Numbered from the stretch's first letter, positions 49,805-60,160 are shown. The stretch is DNA of 64,000 bases from Spirochaetia bacterium (GCA_965203515.1 OZ241907.1:2048001-2112000); one strand, 5' to 3'. The notes: generated from the sequence alone by a model not told the origin. Numbers and translations are program-made.

Positions 49805-49946
49805 CTGTCAACTCTCTTGCCGGACCCGCGGCGGTCGGCGGGTGCGTGTTTTGGTCTCTTTCGAGAACGCCGCGGCGCGGCGGCGCTATTCGATTGAGCC
49901 TACCGCACGGCGCGTCCGCCGTCACCACGCGCGGCTCCCGGCTCCT

Positions 49947-50657
49947 TTACCTCAGCGCCGCGAACGCGCGGTCGAACCGGCCGCTCAGCTCATCCATGCC
50001 GGCGCGCTTCTGCGCGCCGTTCAGGTCGGTGCGCCGGATCATCACGTGCGCCTGCTTCTCGAAGTCGTTGACCAGCCGGCACGCCTCGACGATATGCGGG
50101 TGGTTGGGTTCCGGGATGACGATGCAGCCGCCGCCGTCGCCGTGGATCAGGTCGCCGGTCCGCACCGTGATGCCGCCGACCTGCGCCGGCTCGCCGTAGC
50201 CGGACCAGCGCAGCGCCGCGTGCTGGATCACCCGGGCGATCGCGAACACGCCGAATCCCTGATCGATGATGCCGGGCAGGTCGCGGACGCCCCCGGAGGT
50301 GACCATGCCGACGGCGCCGGCGGCGATGAAGCCCTTGGCCATGCCGTCGCCCATCACGCACTCCCGATACGGATCGGGGCCGACCGTCTCCACCACGATC
50401 ACGCGCGGCAGCTCGCTCGCCTCGATCGCGTCCATCATCTCGACGTAGGCATCGTTCGCCGGCCCGCCTTCCGGGGTGCAGGTATCGATCTTGATCGTGA
50501 TCGCCTCACCCACCAGCGGCGGCAGGTCCGGCGTCATGCACCGGATGCGCCCATCCATCGCGTAGGTGTGCGGCTCGGAGCGGCCGAGCGCCGAGAGCGC
50601 GTTGCAGACGAGGGCGGTCTCCGAGTCCCGGAGGCTGTCGATCAGTGCCTGGTCCAT
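49947..50657 (-). CDS. RraA/HMG aldolase family protein
   Basis: CVMGDGM, GGVRD, GDLIHGDGGG. Confidence 0.85.
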   Translation of the reverse strand: MDQALIDSLRDSETALVCNALSALGRSEPHTYAMDGRIRCMTPDLPPLVGEAITIKIDTCTPEGGPANDAYVEMMDAIEASELPRVIVVETVGPDPYRECVMGDGMAKGFIAAGAVGMVTSGGVRDLPGIIDQGFGVFAIARVIQHAALRWSGYGEPAQVGGITVRTGDLIHGDGGGCIVIPEPNHPHIVEACRLVNDFEKQAHVMIRRTDLNGAQKRAGMDELSGRFDRAFAALR

Positions 50658-50747
50658 CAGACCCGCGAGCGTACCGGCCGCCCGACCGCACGGCAAGGAA
50701 CCGGCGAGACTTGACCCCTCGCCGCCATCTCCCGACACTGCCGGACC

Positions 50748-51947
50748 ATGCGGATCGCGGTGGTCGGCGGCGGCGTGATCGGACTGAGCACCGCGTTCCA
50801 CCTGGCCGACCGCAACGCCGGCACGGTCATCCTGGTGGAGAAGGGGCCGATCGGCGACGGCTCCAGCTCGCGCGCCGGCGGCATCATCACCGGCCTCATG
50901 GGCACGGAGACGGCGGTGCGCGCGCGCAAGATCAGCCTGGAGCTGTTCCAGCGGTTCAGCCGCGAAGTCGACGGCTACACCTTCCACGACGTCGGCACCC
51001 TCAACCTGGCGGCCGACCGGGGCGCCGGGCCGGTGCGGATGCTGCCGCTCTATGACCGTCTGGACGCCCCCTACGAAGTCCTCGAAGCGGACGAGATGCG
51101 GCGCCGCTGGCCGCTGATGGCGGTCCCGGACGACGCCTGGGGGCTGTACGACCCGATCGCCGGCTACAGCGAGCCGGACGAGTACGTGGCCGCCATGGCG
51201 GCCCACCTGCGCAAGCTCGGCGTGGAGATCCGGGAGTTCGAGCCGGTGCTGGAGTTCCCGATGCGGGGCGACCGCGTGATCGGCGTCCGCACCGACGCCG
51301 GGACGATCGAAGCCGACGTGGTCGTCTGCGCGTCGCACGTCTGGTCGATCCGCCTGCTGGAGCAGTTTGGCTGGCGCATGCCGGCCAAGACGTTCGTCCA
51401 CCAGCGCTACGTCTCCACGCCGGTGCCGCTGCCGGTCATCCTGCCGGCGGTCAACGACCATCCGCGCCGCGGCTACTACCGCCCCGCGTTCGGCAACCGC
51501 GTGCTGATCGGCATCGAGACGCCGGACCGCGAAGAGGCGCCGCCGCCGGAGCGCGATCTTCATCTGTCGCGCTTCTCCGTGGACCCGGAGATCCGGCGGC
51601 GCGAGCTCGACCGCCTGCAGTACGTGGTGCCGGACGTGGCGCCGCTGTCGTGGGAGATCGAGAAGGTCGGGCTGCTCGCCTACTCCGCGGACGGCGAGCC
51701 GATCCTGGGCCCGGTGCCCGGCGTGCGCGGCCTGATCTGCGCCGGCTGCTTCCACTCCGGGGGCTTCGCCTACAACCCGGTGGCCGGCCTGCTGGCGGCC
51801 GAGTGGGCGGTGGACGGCCGCACCGGCATCGACGTCAGCGCCTTCGCGCCGGACCGGTTCGATCCGCACCAGGCCCGCGCCTTCATCGAATCCCGGATAC
51901 GCCACGGCGAATACCAGCACTCGCTCCACGCGGGCGGCCGGCACTGA
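50748..51947 (+). CDS. FAD-binding oxidoreductase (DAO/sarcosine oxidase beta-like)
   Basis: VVGGGVIG, SSRAGG, DGEPILG, GFAYNP. Confidence 0.9.
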   Translation: MRIAVVGGGVIGLSTAFHLADRNAGTVILVEKGPIGDGSSSRAGGIITGLMGTETAVRARKISLELFQRFSREVDGYTFHDVGTLNLAADRGAGPVRMLPLYDRLDAPYEVLEADEMRRRWPLMAVPDDAWGLYDPIAGYSEPDEYVAAMAAHLRKLGVEIREFEPVLEFPMRGDRVIGVRTDAGTIEADVVVCASHVWSIRLLEQFGWRMPAKTFVHQRYVSTPVPLPVILPAVNDHPRRGYYRPAFGNRVLIGIETPDREEAPPPERDLHLSRFSVDPEIRRRELDRLQYVVPDVAPLSWEIEKVGLLAYSADGEPILGPVPGVRGLICAGCFHSGGFAYNPVAGLLAAEWAVDGRTGIDVSAFAPDRFDPHQARAFIESRIRHGEYQHSLHAGGRH

Positions 51948-51992
51948 CCGCCGATCCGCGCAAGAGCACGGCACGGCACACGGAGGATCGAC

Positions 51993-52685
51993 ATGCCCGA
52001 ACCGCTCAATCCCGACAAGATCTCGGTCGCCGTCATCATCGGCGGGCACGCCTACGACGTGCCGGCGTTCAAGCGCCTGTTCGATTCGTTCGAAGACGTC
52101 GTCGCCTACCCGCAGGACGTCGGCAACTTCTCGCGCGCGTGGGGCGTGCCGCCCGACGCCTACGACGTGCTGCTGTTCTACAACGCCGGCGGCGACACGG
52201 CCGCCGACCTGGACGAAACCTGGGGCGCCGGCGCCGCGGCGGCGGTCGAGGCGATCGGCCAGGCGGAGCAGGGCGTGGTGATGCTGCACCACGCGATCCG
52301 TTCCTACATGGCGTGGCCGAAGTGGTCGGCGCTGCTGGGCATTCCCCACGAGCAGCGCGAGGGCTCCGAGTTCACCGTCCAGTTCGGGCCGACGATGCGG
52401 GTCACCGTCACCGACCCCGACCATCCGATCGGCCGCGGCATCGAACCGTGGAACGTGGTCAACGAGGCGTGGCCGACCATGGCCTGGACGCCCCGCGAGG
52501 GCGCGTCGGTCATCATGACCACCGACGACGAGGCGACCAGGACCAAGGCGATGGCGTGGTGCCACGACCTGGACAAGGCGAGGGTGTTCTGCCTCACGCC
52601 CGGCCATGACGATCAGGCGTACTCGCACCCGACCTATCGGACCACGCTGCACCGCGGCATCCGCTGGGCGGCCGGCCGGTCGTAG
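51993..52685 (+). CDS. ThuA-domain protein
   Basis: GGHAYD, GVVMLHH, HPI, RVFCLTPGHD, RGIRW. Confidence 0.85.
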   Translation: MPEPLNPDKISVAVIIGGHAYDVPAFKRLFDSFEDVVAYPQDVGNFSRAWGVPPDAYDVLLFYNAGGDTAADLDETWGAGAAAAVEAIGQAEQGVVMLHHAIRSYMAWPKWSALLGIPHEQREGSEFTVQFGPTMRVTVTDPDHPIGRGIEPWNVVNEAWPTMAWTPREGASVIMTTDDEATRTKAMAWCHDLDKARVFCLTPGHDDQAYSHPTYRTTLHRGIRWAAGRS

Positions 52686-52718
52686 CCACCGCCCCACGCC
52701 CAGGGTGATCCGTACGGC

Positions 52719-54446
52719 TCACCCGTCGGCCAGCGCGATCCTGATCGTCCGCAGCAGCGCCTCCAGCCGGGCCGCGGCGGCGCGCGCCTGCGCGCGTTCG
52801 CGCGCCTCGCTCCACCCCAGCTCGCGCGCCAGCAGCGCCGCCACCCGCGGGACGCAGCGCAGCGCCGCATCGCCGTCCAGGAACGCCAGCCGCGTGCGCC
52901 GCGCCACCACGTCGTCGACCGTGCAGGCCGCCTCGCGGCGGGCGGCGTGCACGACCTCGGCTTCCAGGTACGGATAGCGCGGGGAGAGCCGGGCGCCGAG
53001 TCGGGCGCCGGGGCGCGCGCCGGGGCGGCCGCCAAGGCGGGCGCCGGCAAGCTCGGCCACCCGGCCGGCATCGGCGCCGTACGCGCGGTCCAGGTGACGG
53101 GCGACATCGGCCGGCACGCGATAGTCGCGTTGCAGGCGGTCCGGGTCGGGCCGGTATCCGGCGCCGCCGGCGAGCGGCGTGCGGCGCGTCCGGGAGGGCC
53201 GCTCGGGCGTCAGGTCGGCCATCTCCACCGCGCGGTTCACGGCCTGCACCGCCATGGCGCGATAGGTCGTCCACTTGCCGCCGGCCACGGTCAGCAGGCC
53301 GGAGGCGCTCGGCTGCAACAGATAGTCGCGGGCCAGGGTCGCCGTGCCGCGGCCGCGCCCGCGGCCGGCGGCCACCCGCCTGGTCGGCGCGGCGATCAGC
53401 GGCCGCAGCCCCGACCAGGCGGCCGCCACGTCCTCCGGCTTCACCTGCAGGTTGAGATAGCTGCGCAGGTGGCTCATCAGGAAGGCCAACTCTTCCGCGC
53501 CCGGCACCGGGTCGGCGGCCACCTCGGCGGCCACCTCGGTCGTGCCGGCCAGGGTGCTGCCGTGCCACGGCAGCACGAACAGCACCCGGCCGTCCTCCGT
53601 GCGCGGGATGAGCAGCCCGGTGTCGCCGGCGGGGAACCGCGGCCCCAGCACCACGTGACTGCCGGCGCTCACCCGCAGCAGCGGCGGCCCCTGCGGAGCG
53701 TCCAGCCGCCGGACCGCGTCGACGAACGGACCGGCCGCGTTGATCACCATGCGGGCGCGCACCTCCCAGGCGTCCCCTGACAGGACGTCCCGAACCGCGG
53801 CGCCCGTGATCCGGCCCGCGCGGCTCTTGCGCAGCCGCTCGACCTCGACGTAGTTGGAGACCGCCGACCCGTGCGCCGCCGCGGTCAGGGCCAGGGCCAG
53901 ATTCATCCGCGCGTCGTCGAACTGGCCGTCCCAATAGACCACGCCGCCGTTGATCTGCCGCCGCGGGCCGCGCCCGACGATCCGCTCGCGCAAGTGGGGA
54001 AACCGGGCGACCGCCTCCTCGCGCGGGATGAACTCCGAGCGGCGCAGCGCGTACGTGCCCGCCAGGCGGTCGTACAGCGTGAGACCGATGCGGTAATACG
54101 GCAGTTGGCTGCGCTGATAGAGCGGCACGAAGATCGGCAGCTCCCGCACCAGGTGCGGGGCGATCTCCATGAGCGTCTTGCGCTCGCGGAGCGCCTCCCG
54201 GACCAGACGGAACCGGGTCCGGTCCATGTGCTTTATCGCCTGCTCCAGATAGCGGACGCCGCCGTGCACCAGCTTGGTGCTGCGGCTGCTGGTGCCGCCG
54301 GCGAAGTCGCCGCGCTCCACCAGCGCGACCCGCAACCCGCGCGTCGCCGCGTCCAGCGCGCAACCGCAGCCGGTGGCGCCGCCGCCGATGACCAGCACGT
54401 CGAAGGACTCGTCGGCCAGGCGGCGCAGGTGCTCGGCCCGCCTCAC
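52719..54446 (-). CDS. glpD: FAD-dependent glycerol-3-phosphate dehydrogenase
   Basis: IGGGATG, GTSSRSTKLVHGGVRYL, DGQFDDAR, GLRPL, GGKWTTYR, RRTRL. Confidence 0.93.
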   Translation of the reverse strand: MRRAEHLRRLADESFDVLVIGGGATGCGCALDAATRGLRVALVERGDFAGGTSSRSTKLVHGGVRYLEQAIKHMDRTRFRLVREALRERKTLMEIAPHLVRELPIFVPLYQRSQLPYYRIGLTLYDRLAGTYALRRSEFIPREEAVARFPHLRERIVGRGPRRQINGGVVYWDGQFDDARMNLALALTAAAHGSAVSNYVEVERLRKSRAGRITGAAVRDVLSGDAWEVRARMVINAAGPFVDAVRRLDAPQGPPLLRVSAGSHVVLGPRFPAGDTGLLIPRTEDGRVLFVLPWHGSTLAGTTEVAAEVAADPVPGAEELAFLMSHLRSYLNLQVKPEDVAAAWSGLRPLIAAPTRRVAAGRGRGRGTATLARDYLLQPSASGLLTVAGGKWTTYRAMAVQAVNRAVEMADLTPERPSRTRRTPLAGGAGYRPDPDRLQRDYRVPADVARHLDRAYGADAGRVAELAGARLGGRPGARPGARLGARLSPRYPYLEAEVVHAARREAACTVDDVVARRTRLAFLDGDAALRCVPRVAALLARELGWSEARERAQARAAAARLEALLRTIRIALADG

Positions 54447-55294
54447 CCCTTGATCGCCCCCATCGCCATCCCCTTGATGAAGAAGCGCTGAAAGAACAGA
54501 AAGACCAGCAGCGTCGGCAGACTGGCCAGCAGCGACAATGCGCCCTGGACGCCCCAGGCGACGGTGTACTGGCCGCGCAGCGAGACGATCCCCAGCATGA
54601 TCGTGCGCTTGGCGTCGCTGTTGACGAAGATCAGCGGCCACAGGAAGTCGTTCCAGATCCAGGTGAACTGCAGCGTGCCGAGCACGGCCAGCGCCGGCAG
54701 GCTGATCGGCAGCGCCACGCGGAGCAGCACCTGACCTTCGTGGGCGCCTTCGACGATCGCCGATTCGCGCAGCGCGTTGGGGACCGCGGCGAAGAAGTTG
54801 CGCATCAGCAGCGTACAGATCGGGATGCCCATGGCGACGTGGACGATGATCATCGGCCACAGCGTGTCGAGCAGGCCGAGTCGATTGAACAGGCGGAACA
54901 GCGGGACCAGGACGACCTGCGGCGGAAAGAACATCCCCGACACGATCACCAGAAACAGCGGCTCGCTGCCGCGGAACGGCAGCTTGGCGAATACGTAGCC
55001 GCCCAGGATGCCCAGCGCGATCGACCCCGCCGTCGCCGGCGCGGTGACCAGCACGGTGTTGATGAAATAGGCGGCGACCGACGGGTGGCTCAGCGCGACC
55101 GAGAAGTTGGACAGATCGAGGGTGCGGGGAATCGTCCACAAGGTGCCGAAGGCGATGTCCCGGGTGCTCTTCAGCGCGCTCAGCACCACGCCGGCCGTCG
55201 GCGCCAGAAACAGCACGGCCAGCACCGCCAGCGCCGCGAACACCACGCCGTTCCACGGCAACCGGCGCCGCGCCGGCGCGGCGGCTTCAGTCAT
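54443..55294 (-). CDS. Carbohydrate ABC permease
   Basis: ESAIVEGA, WNDFLWPL, FQRFFIKG. Confidence 0.92.
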   Translation of the reverse strand: MTEAAAPARRRLPWNGVVFAALAVLAVLFLAPTAGVVLSALKSTRDIAFGTLWTIPRTLDLSNFSVALSHPSVAAYFINTVLVTAPATAGSIALGILGGYVFAKLPFRGSEPLFLVIVSGMFFPPQVVLVPLFRLFNRLGLLDTLWPMIIVHVAMGIPICTLLMRNFFAAVPNALRESAIVEGAHEGQVLLRVALPISLPALAVLGTLQFTWIWNDFLWPLIFVNSDAKRTIMLGIVSLRGQYTVAWGVQGALSLLASLPTLLVFLFFQRFFIKGMAMGAIKG

Positions 55295-56168
55295 ACAACT
55301 CGTCCAGCTTCTTGAGCTGGCGAAAGTAGACGGCGATCACGCTCAGCGTCATGAGGAAGAGCATGACCGAGATCGAGCTGCCGTACCCCATCCGGTATTT
55401 CTTGAAGGATTCGCTGTACATGTACATGGCCAGCGTGTCGGATGAGTGAAACGGTCCGCCGCCGGTCATGATGAACAGGATGTCGAACGCCTTGAGGGAG
55501 TTGATCACCGACAACGCCACGGCCACGACCGTCGCCGGCCGGAGCAGCGCCAGCACGACGTGGCGGATCCGTTGCCTGCGGGTCGCCCCCTCGATCTCCG
55601 CCGCCTCGATCAGATACGGCGGAATCGACGTCAGGCCGGCAAGGAAGATCACCATCGCCAAGCCCATCTGCTGCCACGACCAGGCGACGATGACGGAGAA
55701 GAGCGCGGTCTGCGGCTTCGCCAGCCAGGCGAAGATCGGCGGCTGGCCCGTGACCACGCCGATGGCCGCGTTGAGGAGCCCCCAATCGGGGTTATATATC
55801 CAGATCCAGATCTGTCCGACCACCACGGCCGCCAGGCAGATCGGCAGATAGAAGATCGACTTGAAGAGGTCGGCGCCCGGCACGCGCACGTCGAGCATCA
55901 GCGCCAGAGTCAGCCCGCCCAGGGTCGGCAGGATGATCGCCAGCAGCGTCCAGATCAGCGTGTTCAGCGTGGCGTTGGTGAACAACCGGTCGGTCACCAC
56001 GCCGGCGAAGTTGCGCAGCCCCACGAACCGGAAGTCGGGGTTGAAGCCGTTCCAGTCGGTAAAGCTGTAGTAGAAGGTGTTGAGCAGCGGCCAGACGATG
56101 AAGACGCCGAACACCGACAACGGCAGGAACAGCAGCGCGATCCGCCAGAAGGTCTCTCGGTGCTTCAT
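55287..56168 (-). CDS. Carbohydrate ABC permease
   Basis: YSFTDWNG, EAAEIEGA, MTGGGP. Confidence 0.92.
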   Translation of the reverse strand: MKHRETFWRIALLFLPLSVFGVFIVWPLLNTFYYSFTDWNGFNPDFRFVGLRNFAGVVTDRLFTNATLNTLIWTLLAIILPTLGGLTLALMLDVRVPGADLFKSIFYLPICLAAVVVGQIWIWIYNPDWGLLNAAIGVVTGQPPIFAWLAKPQTALFSVIVAWSWQQMGLAMVIFLAGLTSIPPYLIEAAEIEGATRRQRIRHVVLALLRPATVVAVALSVINSLKAFDILFIMTGGGPFHSSDTLAMYMYSESFKKYRMGYGSSISVMLFLMTLSVIAVYFRQLKKLDELYD

Positions 56169-56240
56169 CGTCCGGCCGGCCGGAGGGGCGCTGGCGGCGC
56201 GCAAAACGCTCGAGCGCCTTCGCCCCTCCCCGTGAACCCG

Positions 56241-57554
56241 CTAACTGTCGAACACGCCCCTGACGCCCATTTCGGTGTCGGCCAGGTGCCGGCCGTAGCT
56301 GGCGGGGTCGTCCATGAAGCGCGCGAACATGTCCAGGCCGTACTCCGCCGCCGGCGGCGTGGTGGCCAGGTCGTAGTTGAACGCGAAGGTGTCGGCGTTG
56401 CCGACCGCCTGCAGCGCCCGCCGCATCACCGACGTATAGATGCTGTCGTCGACGTTCACGTTCGGCGACAGGGCGCCCTGCACCTGCGCCCACTTGGCCT
56501 GGGACGCCGGGTCGCTGGCCAGGAAGGCGACGAGCGCCTCGGCGTTGGCGCGATTCCTTGCATTGGCGGCGATCAGCCATCCGTCGACCGGCCCCACCAC
56601 CGCGTTGGGCACGCCGGCGTCGATCATCGGGAACTCGAAGAAGTCGTAGTCTTCGCCGGCCGCCAGTCCGTTGCCGTTCCAGTACCCGGTGATCCAGGTG
56701 CCCATCAGCGTCATCGCCGCGTCGCCGCGCGATACCCGGTCCGACGCCGCCGTCCAGTCGTCGGCGTTGGCGTTGGGGGCGAAGTATCCGGCGTCGACCA
56801 GGTCCTTCCAGAGCTGCATGGCCCGCTGCACCTCGCCGTCGGTGTAGGAGGCTTCGCCGGCCATCAGGCTGGCGCGGTACTCCGGGCCGGCGGTGCGCAG
56901 CAGCAGGTAGTCGAACCAGAACTGCGCGGGCCAGCGGTCCTTGGAGCCGAGCGCGATCGGGGTCACCCCCTGCGACTTGAGGTCCTCGCACAGGGCCAGA
57001 AACCCGTCCCAGTCGGTCGGGAACTCGCTCACGCCGGCGTCCGCCATCACCTTGGCGTTGTAGAACATGCCGGCGTAGTGGTATCCGAACGGCACCAGAT
57101 AGCGCGCGCCGTTGTACATGGTGGCGCCGTCGGCGACCGACTGCGCCACGACGGCGTCCAGACCGTTCGCCGCCCACATGTCGTCGATCGTGCCCAGGCT
57201 GCCGGCGTCGACCACGAACTGCGTCCGCGCCCCGGCCCAGTAGCTGAACACGTCCGGCAGGTTGCCGCCTGCGGCCCGCACCAGGATGCCGTCCTTGAAG
57301 TCCTCGTGCCCGATCGGACTGTCGACCACGGTGACCCCGGTCTCCGCCTTGAAGTTGCCGAAGATCTCTTCCAGTCCGGCTCGCCCCAGGTCACCGCCGA
57401 AGTAGTGGGTGATGGTGACCTCGCCATCGGCCCAGCTCACGGTCGCGACCAGCAGGAACGCGAGCGCCAAGCCGAGCGCCCTCAGTACTCCCCTGCCCCG
57501 CTTCCGGCAGGCGTGGCCGGCGCTTCCGGCCGTCCGTCTCCCGTTGTAGTGCAT
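56241..57554 (-). CDS. Sugar ABC transporter substrate-binding protein
   Basis: GGAGG RBS, signal peptide, PDVFSYWAG, PTDWDGF, MGTW. Confidence 0.9.
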   Translation of the reverse strand: MHYNGRRTAGSAGHACRKRGRGVLRALGLALAFLLVATVSWADGEVTITHYFGGDLGRAGLEEIFGNFKAETGVTVVDSPIGHEDFKDGILVRAAGGNLPDVFSYWAGARTQFVVDAGSLGTIDDMWAANGLDAVVAQSVADGATMYNGARYLVPFGYHYAGMFYNAKVMADAGVSEFPTDWDGFLALCEDLKSQGVTPIALGSKDRWPAQFWFDYLLLRTAGPEYRASLMAGEASYTDGEVQRAMQLWKDLVDAGYFAPNANADDWTAASDRVSRGDAAMTLMGTWITGYWNGNGLAAGEDYDFFEFPMIDAGVPNAVVGPVDGWLIAANARNRANAEALVAFLASDPASQAKWAQVQGALSPNVNVDDSIYTSVMRRALQAVGNADTFAFNYDLATTPPAAEYGLDMFARFMDDPASYGRHLADTEMGVRGVFDS

Positions 57555-57715
57555 AGCGCTACCTCCTGTCGACGTTATGGGCCGATCGCCGGTTCGTGTC
57601 AATGCGCACGGAGCGCACGTGCGAGCCGGCCGGCCGCGGCGGCGGCAAACGGTATACTGCGGCGAGCCGCCACGCCCCCGGCAGGAGCGGCCCGACCCGA
57701 TACCGGGAGGCCCCG

Positions 57716-58774
57716 TTGGACACGATTCGAGTCGGCTTCATCGGCACCGGCCGCATCTCCGACCTGCACGCGCCGGAGTACCTGCGCAACCCGCATACGG
57801 AGATCGTCGCCCTGTGCGACGGCGACCCGGAGCTGGCGGCCGCGCGCGCCCGCGCCTGGGGACTGGACCGGCCGGCGATCTGCGCCGACTACCACGAGCT
57901 GCTGGCGCTGGAATCGGTCGATCTGGTCGAGATCTTGCTGCCGCACCACCTGCACGCGGAGGCCGCCCTGGCCGCGTTCGCCGCCGGCAAGGCGGTCTTC
58001 CTGCAGAAGCCGATCGCCCTGAACCTGGCCGACGCCGACCGGGTGATCGACGCGGCCGAGCAGGCCGGCGCGCCCTTCCGGGTGTTCGAGAACTTCATCT
58101 TCTACCCGCCGGTGATGGCGGCCAAGGAGCTGGTCGACCGGGGCGCGATCGGCCGGCCGCTGACGATCCGGCTCAAGAGCCACGTCGGCCGCCCGGAATC
58201 GGGGTGGGAGGTGCCGGCCGCGGCGCTGGCGTGGCGGCTCGACCCCGCGCGCGCCGGCGGCGGCCCCCTGGTGTTCGACGACGGCATCCACAAGTTCGCG
58301 CTCGCCCGGCACTTCATGGGACCGGCCGAGGAGGTGCACGCCTGGATCGGCAGCACCGCCGTGCAGGGCTACGCGATCGACGCGCCGGCGCTGGTCTCGT
58401 TCCGCTTTCCCGGCGGGCGCGTCGGCAACATCGAGGTCGTCTTCTCGCCGGAGGTGGCGATCGACACCGAGCACTACGCCCAGGACGACCGGATCGAGAT
58501 CACCGGCACCGAGGGCGTGATCTGGATCAACCGCGGCCACGGGCAACTGGGGAGCGTGGTTCCGGTGCAGCTCTACCGCGACGGCGCGCGGACCGACTAC
58601 CGCTCCATGGAGACCGGCTGGGAGACCAGCTTCATGCACGCCGTCCGCCGCGGCATCGAGGCGCTCCGCCGCGGCGAGCAGCCGCCACTGGCCGGCCGCG
58701 ACGCCCGCGAGGTGCTGCGCTTCGCCCTGGCCGCCCAGGAATCCGCCCGCACCGGCGCCAGCGTCCGGCTCTAG
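57716..58774 (+). CDS. Gfo/Idh/MocA oxidoreductase
   Basis: VGFIGTG, LLPHHLH, LQKP, DDGIHK; TTG start with GGGAGG. Confidence 0.9.
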   Translation: MDTIRVGFIGTGRISDLHAPEYLRNPHTEIVALCDGDPELAAARARAWGLDRPAICADYHELLALESVDLVEILLPHHLHAEAALAAFAAGKAVFLQKPIALNLADADRVIDAAEQAGAPFRVFENFIFYPPVMAAKELVDRGAIGRPLTIRLKSHVGRPESGWEVPAAALAWRLDPARAGGGPLVFDDGIHKFALARHFMGPAEEVHAWIGSTAVQGYAIDAPALVSFRFPGGRVGNIEVVFSPEVAIDTEHYAQDDRIEITGTEGVIWINRGHGQLGSVVPVQLYRDGARTDYRSMETGWETSFMHAVRRGIEALRRGEQPPLAGRDAREVLRFALAAQESARTGASVRL

Positions 58775-58913
58775 CCAAGTCCGGGACCCATCCCTCGCGT
58801 CTCAGCAATTTGGAAGCGCAAATTCAGGATTTGGCTGATATGCGGCGCCGCAGCCGCCGCGGTATCGATATGTCGAGAGGATGACTCCCGGATTCGATCG
58901 GACAGGATGACGC

Positions 58914-59273
58914 ATGAACACGAGAGAGATCATGTTGGAAGAGTTGACCGACCGTTGGCCCCCGAACCCGGGTGATACGATACTGACCGGAACGGCCCCC
59001 CCATCGCTGGTGCTGCGGCTCCACAGATTCCGGCGAGTATGGACGACGTCGGAGCCACCATGCCCGACTTGCAACACCTGGATGAGGTACAGCGCCGACG
59101 ACGTCGAATGGCGTTGTCCCCATTGTGGGAACACGCCAAGCAGGCGAGGGATGCGCGAGGTCGCGGTCGACGCGGGCGCTTCGAGAATATTGAATAGCAC
59201 GGGTGGCCCGAGATGGTACAAGCTGGCGTACGCGGCGTATCTGCGGTGGCGATGGCTTCGACGGTCGACTTGA
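58914..59273 (+). CDS. Small zinc-ribbon protein, copy 1
   Basis: CPTC...CPHC; many differences from copy 2 are synonymous. Confidence 0.75.
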   Translation: MNTREIMLEELTDRWPPNPGDTILTGTAPPSLVLRLHRFRRVWTTSEPPCPTCNTWMRYSADDVEWRCPHCGNTPSRRGMREVAVDAGASRILNSTGGPRWYKLAYAAYLRWRWLRRST

Positions 59274-59299
59274 CCGACAGCGTGCATACGGTGATCCGC

Positions 59300-59345
59300 G
59301 GCACGGCCGGCAGTCTTGCATGGATTGCCGGCCGTGCCTTGTCTT
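59300..59345 (+). terminator. Putative intrinsic terminator
   Basis: GGCACGGCCGGCAGTC/GATTGCCGGCCGTGCC stem followed by TTGTCTT. Confidence 0.6.
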
Positions 59346-59415
59346 CACCGAAGCCGCCACGGTATCGATATATCGCGAGAGAGACTCCTTGATTCGATCG
59401 GACAGGAGGTGATGC

Positions 59416-59778
59416 ATGAACACGAGAGAGATCATGTTGGCAGAGCTGATGGACCGCTGGCCCCCGAACCCGGGTGATACGATACGGTCCAGAGCGGGCC
59501 CATCGCTGGTGTTGCGGCTCCATTTTCCCGGAGTACGACGGGTATGGACGACGTCATCTCCACCGTGCCCGACTTGTAACACCTGGATGACGTACAGCGC
59601 CGCCGACGTCGAATGGTGTTGTCCCCAGTGCGGGAATGCGCCAAGCAGGCGAGGAATGCGCGAGGTCGCGATCGACGCGGGCGCTTCGAGGATATTGAAT
59701 ATCACGGGCGGCCCGGGATGGTACAAGCTGGCGTACGCCGCGTATCTGCGGTGGCGATGGCTTCGACGGTCGCCTTGA
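59416..59778 (+). CDS. Small zinc-ribbon protein, copy 2
   Basis: CPTC...CPQC; AGGAGG RBS. Confidence 0.78.
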   Translation: MNTREIMLAELMDRWPPNPGDTIRSRAGPSLVLRLHFPGVRRVWTTSSPPCPTCNTWMTYSAADVEWCCPQCGNAPSRRGMREVAIDAGASRILNITGGPGWYKLAYAAYLRWRWLRRSP

Positions 59779-59839
59779 TCGACGGCGTGCGGCACGGCCG
59801 GCAGTCCGTGCATGGATTGCCGTGCCTTCGTCGTGGCGG

Positions 59840-60160
59840 CTACTCGGACTCGACGACCACGGCCGTGCCGTACGCCAGGATCTCGGAGGCGCCGCTCATG
59901 ATCGCCGACGTGGTGAACCGCACGTCGGTCACCGCGTTGGCGCCGCGCTGTTGGGCGTCGGCGGTCAGACGCTCCACCGCTTCCGCACGGGCGTCGTCCA
60001 TCATCGTAGTGTAGGACGCGATCTCGCCTCCCACCATCGTCTTGAAGCCGGCCATGAGGTCCCGGCCCACGTGACGGGAGCGGACCGTGTTGCCGCGTAC
60101 CAAACCGATCGTCTTGACGATGCGATGGCCGGCGATGGCAGCGGCCGTTGTCAGGATCAT
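59840..60160 (-). CDS. YbjQ/UPF0145 family protein
   Basis: GLVRGNTVRSRHVGRD, GGE, GANAV, YGTAV. Confidence 0.9.
   Translation of the reverse strand: MILTTAAAIAGHRIVKTIGLVRGNTVRSRHVGRDLMAGFKTMVGGEIASYTTMMDDARAEAVERLTADAQQRGANAVTDVRFTTSAIMSGASEILAYGTAVVVESE

Larger units (their letters stand above)
58852..59828. repeat. Tandem duplication with a 500-bp period (leader + gene + hairpin)
   Basis: GGTATCGATA at 58861 and 59361; homologous ORFs; homologous hairpins at 59300 and 59791. Confidence 0.92.

Noticed and set aside
58914..59778. Duplicated ORFs as a DGR template/variable repeat pair
   Set aside because: Differences include many C/T and G changes plus indels rather than adenine-specific changes, and there is no reverse transcriptase in the window.
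58852..59828. Integron cassette array
   Set aside because: The hairpins lack RYYYAAC/GTTRRRY attC cores and no integrase is present.
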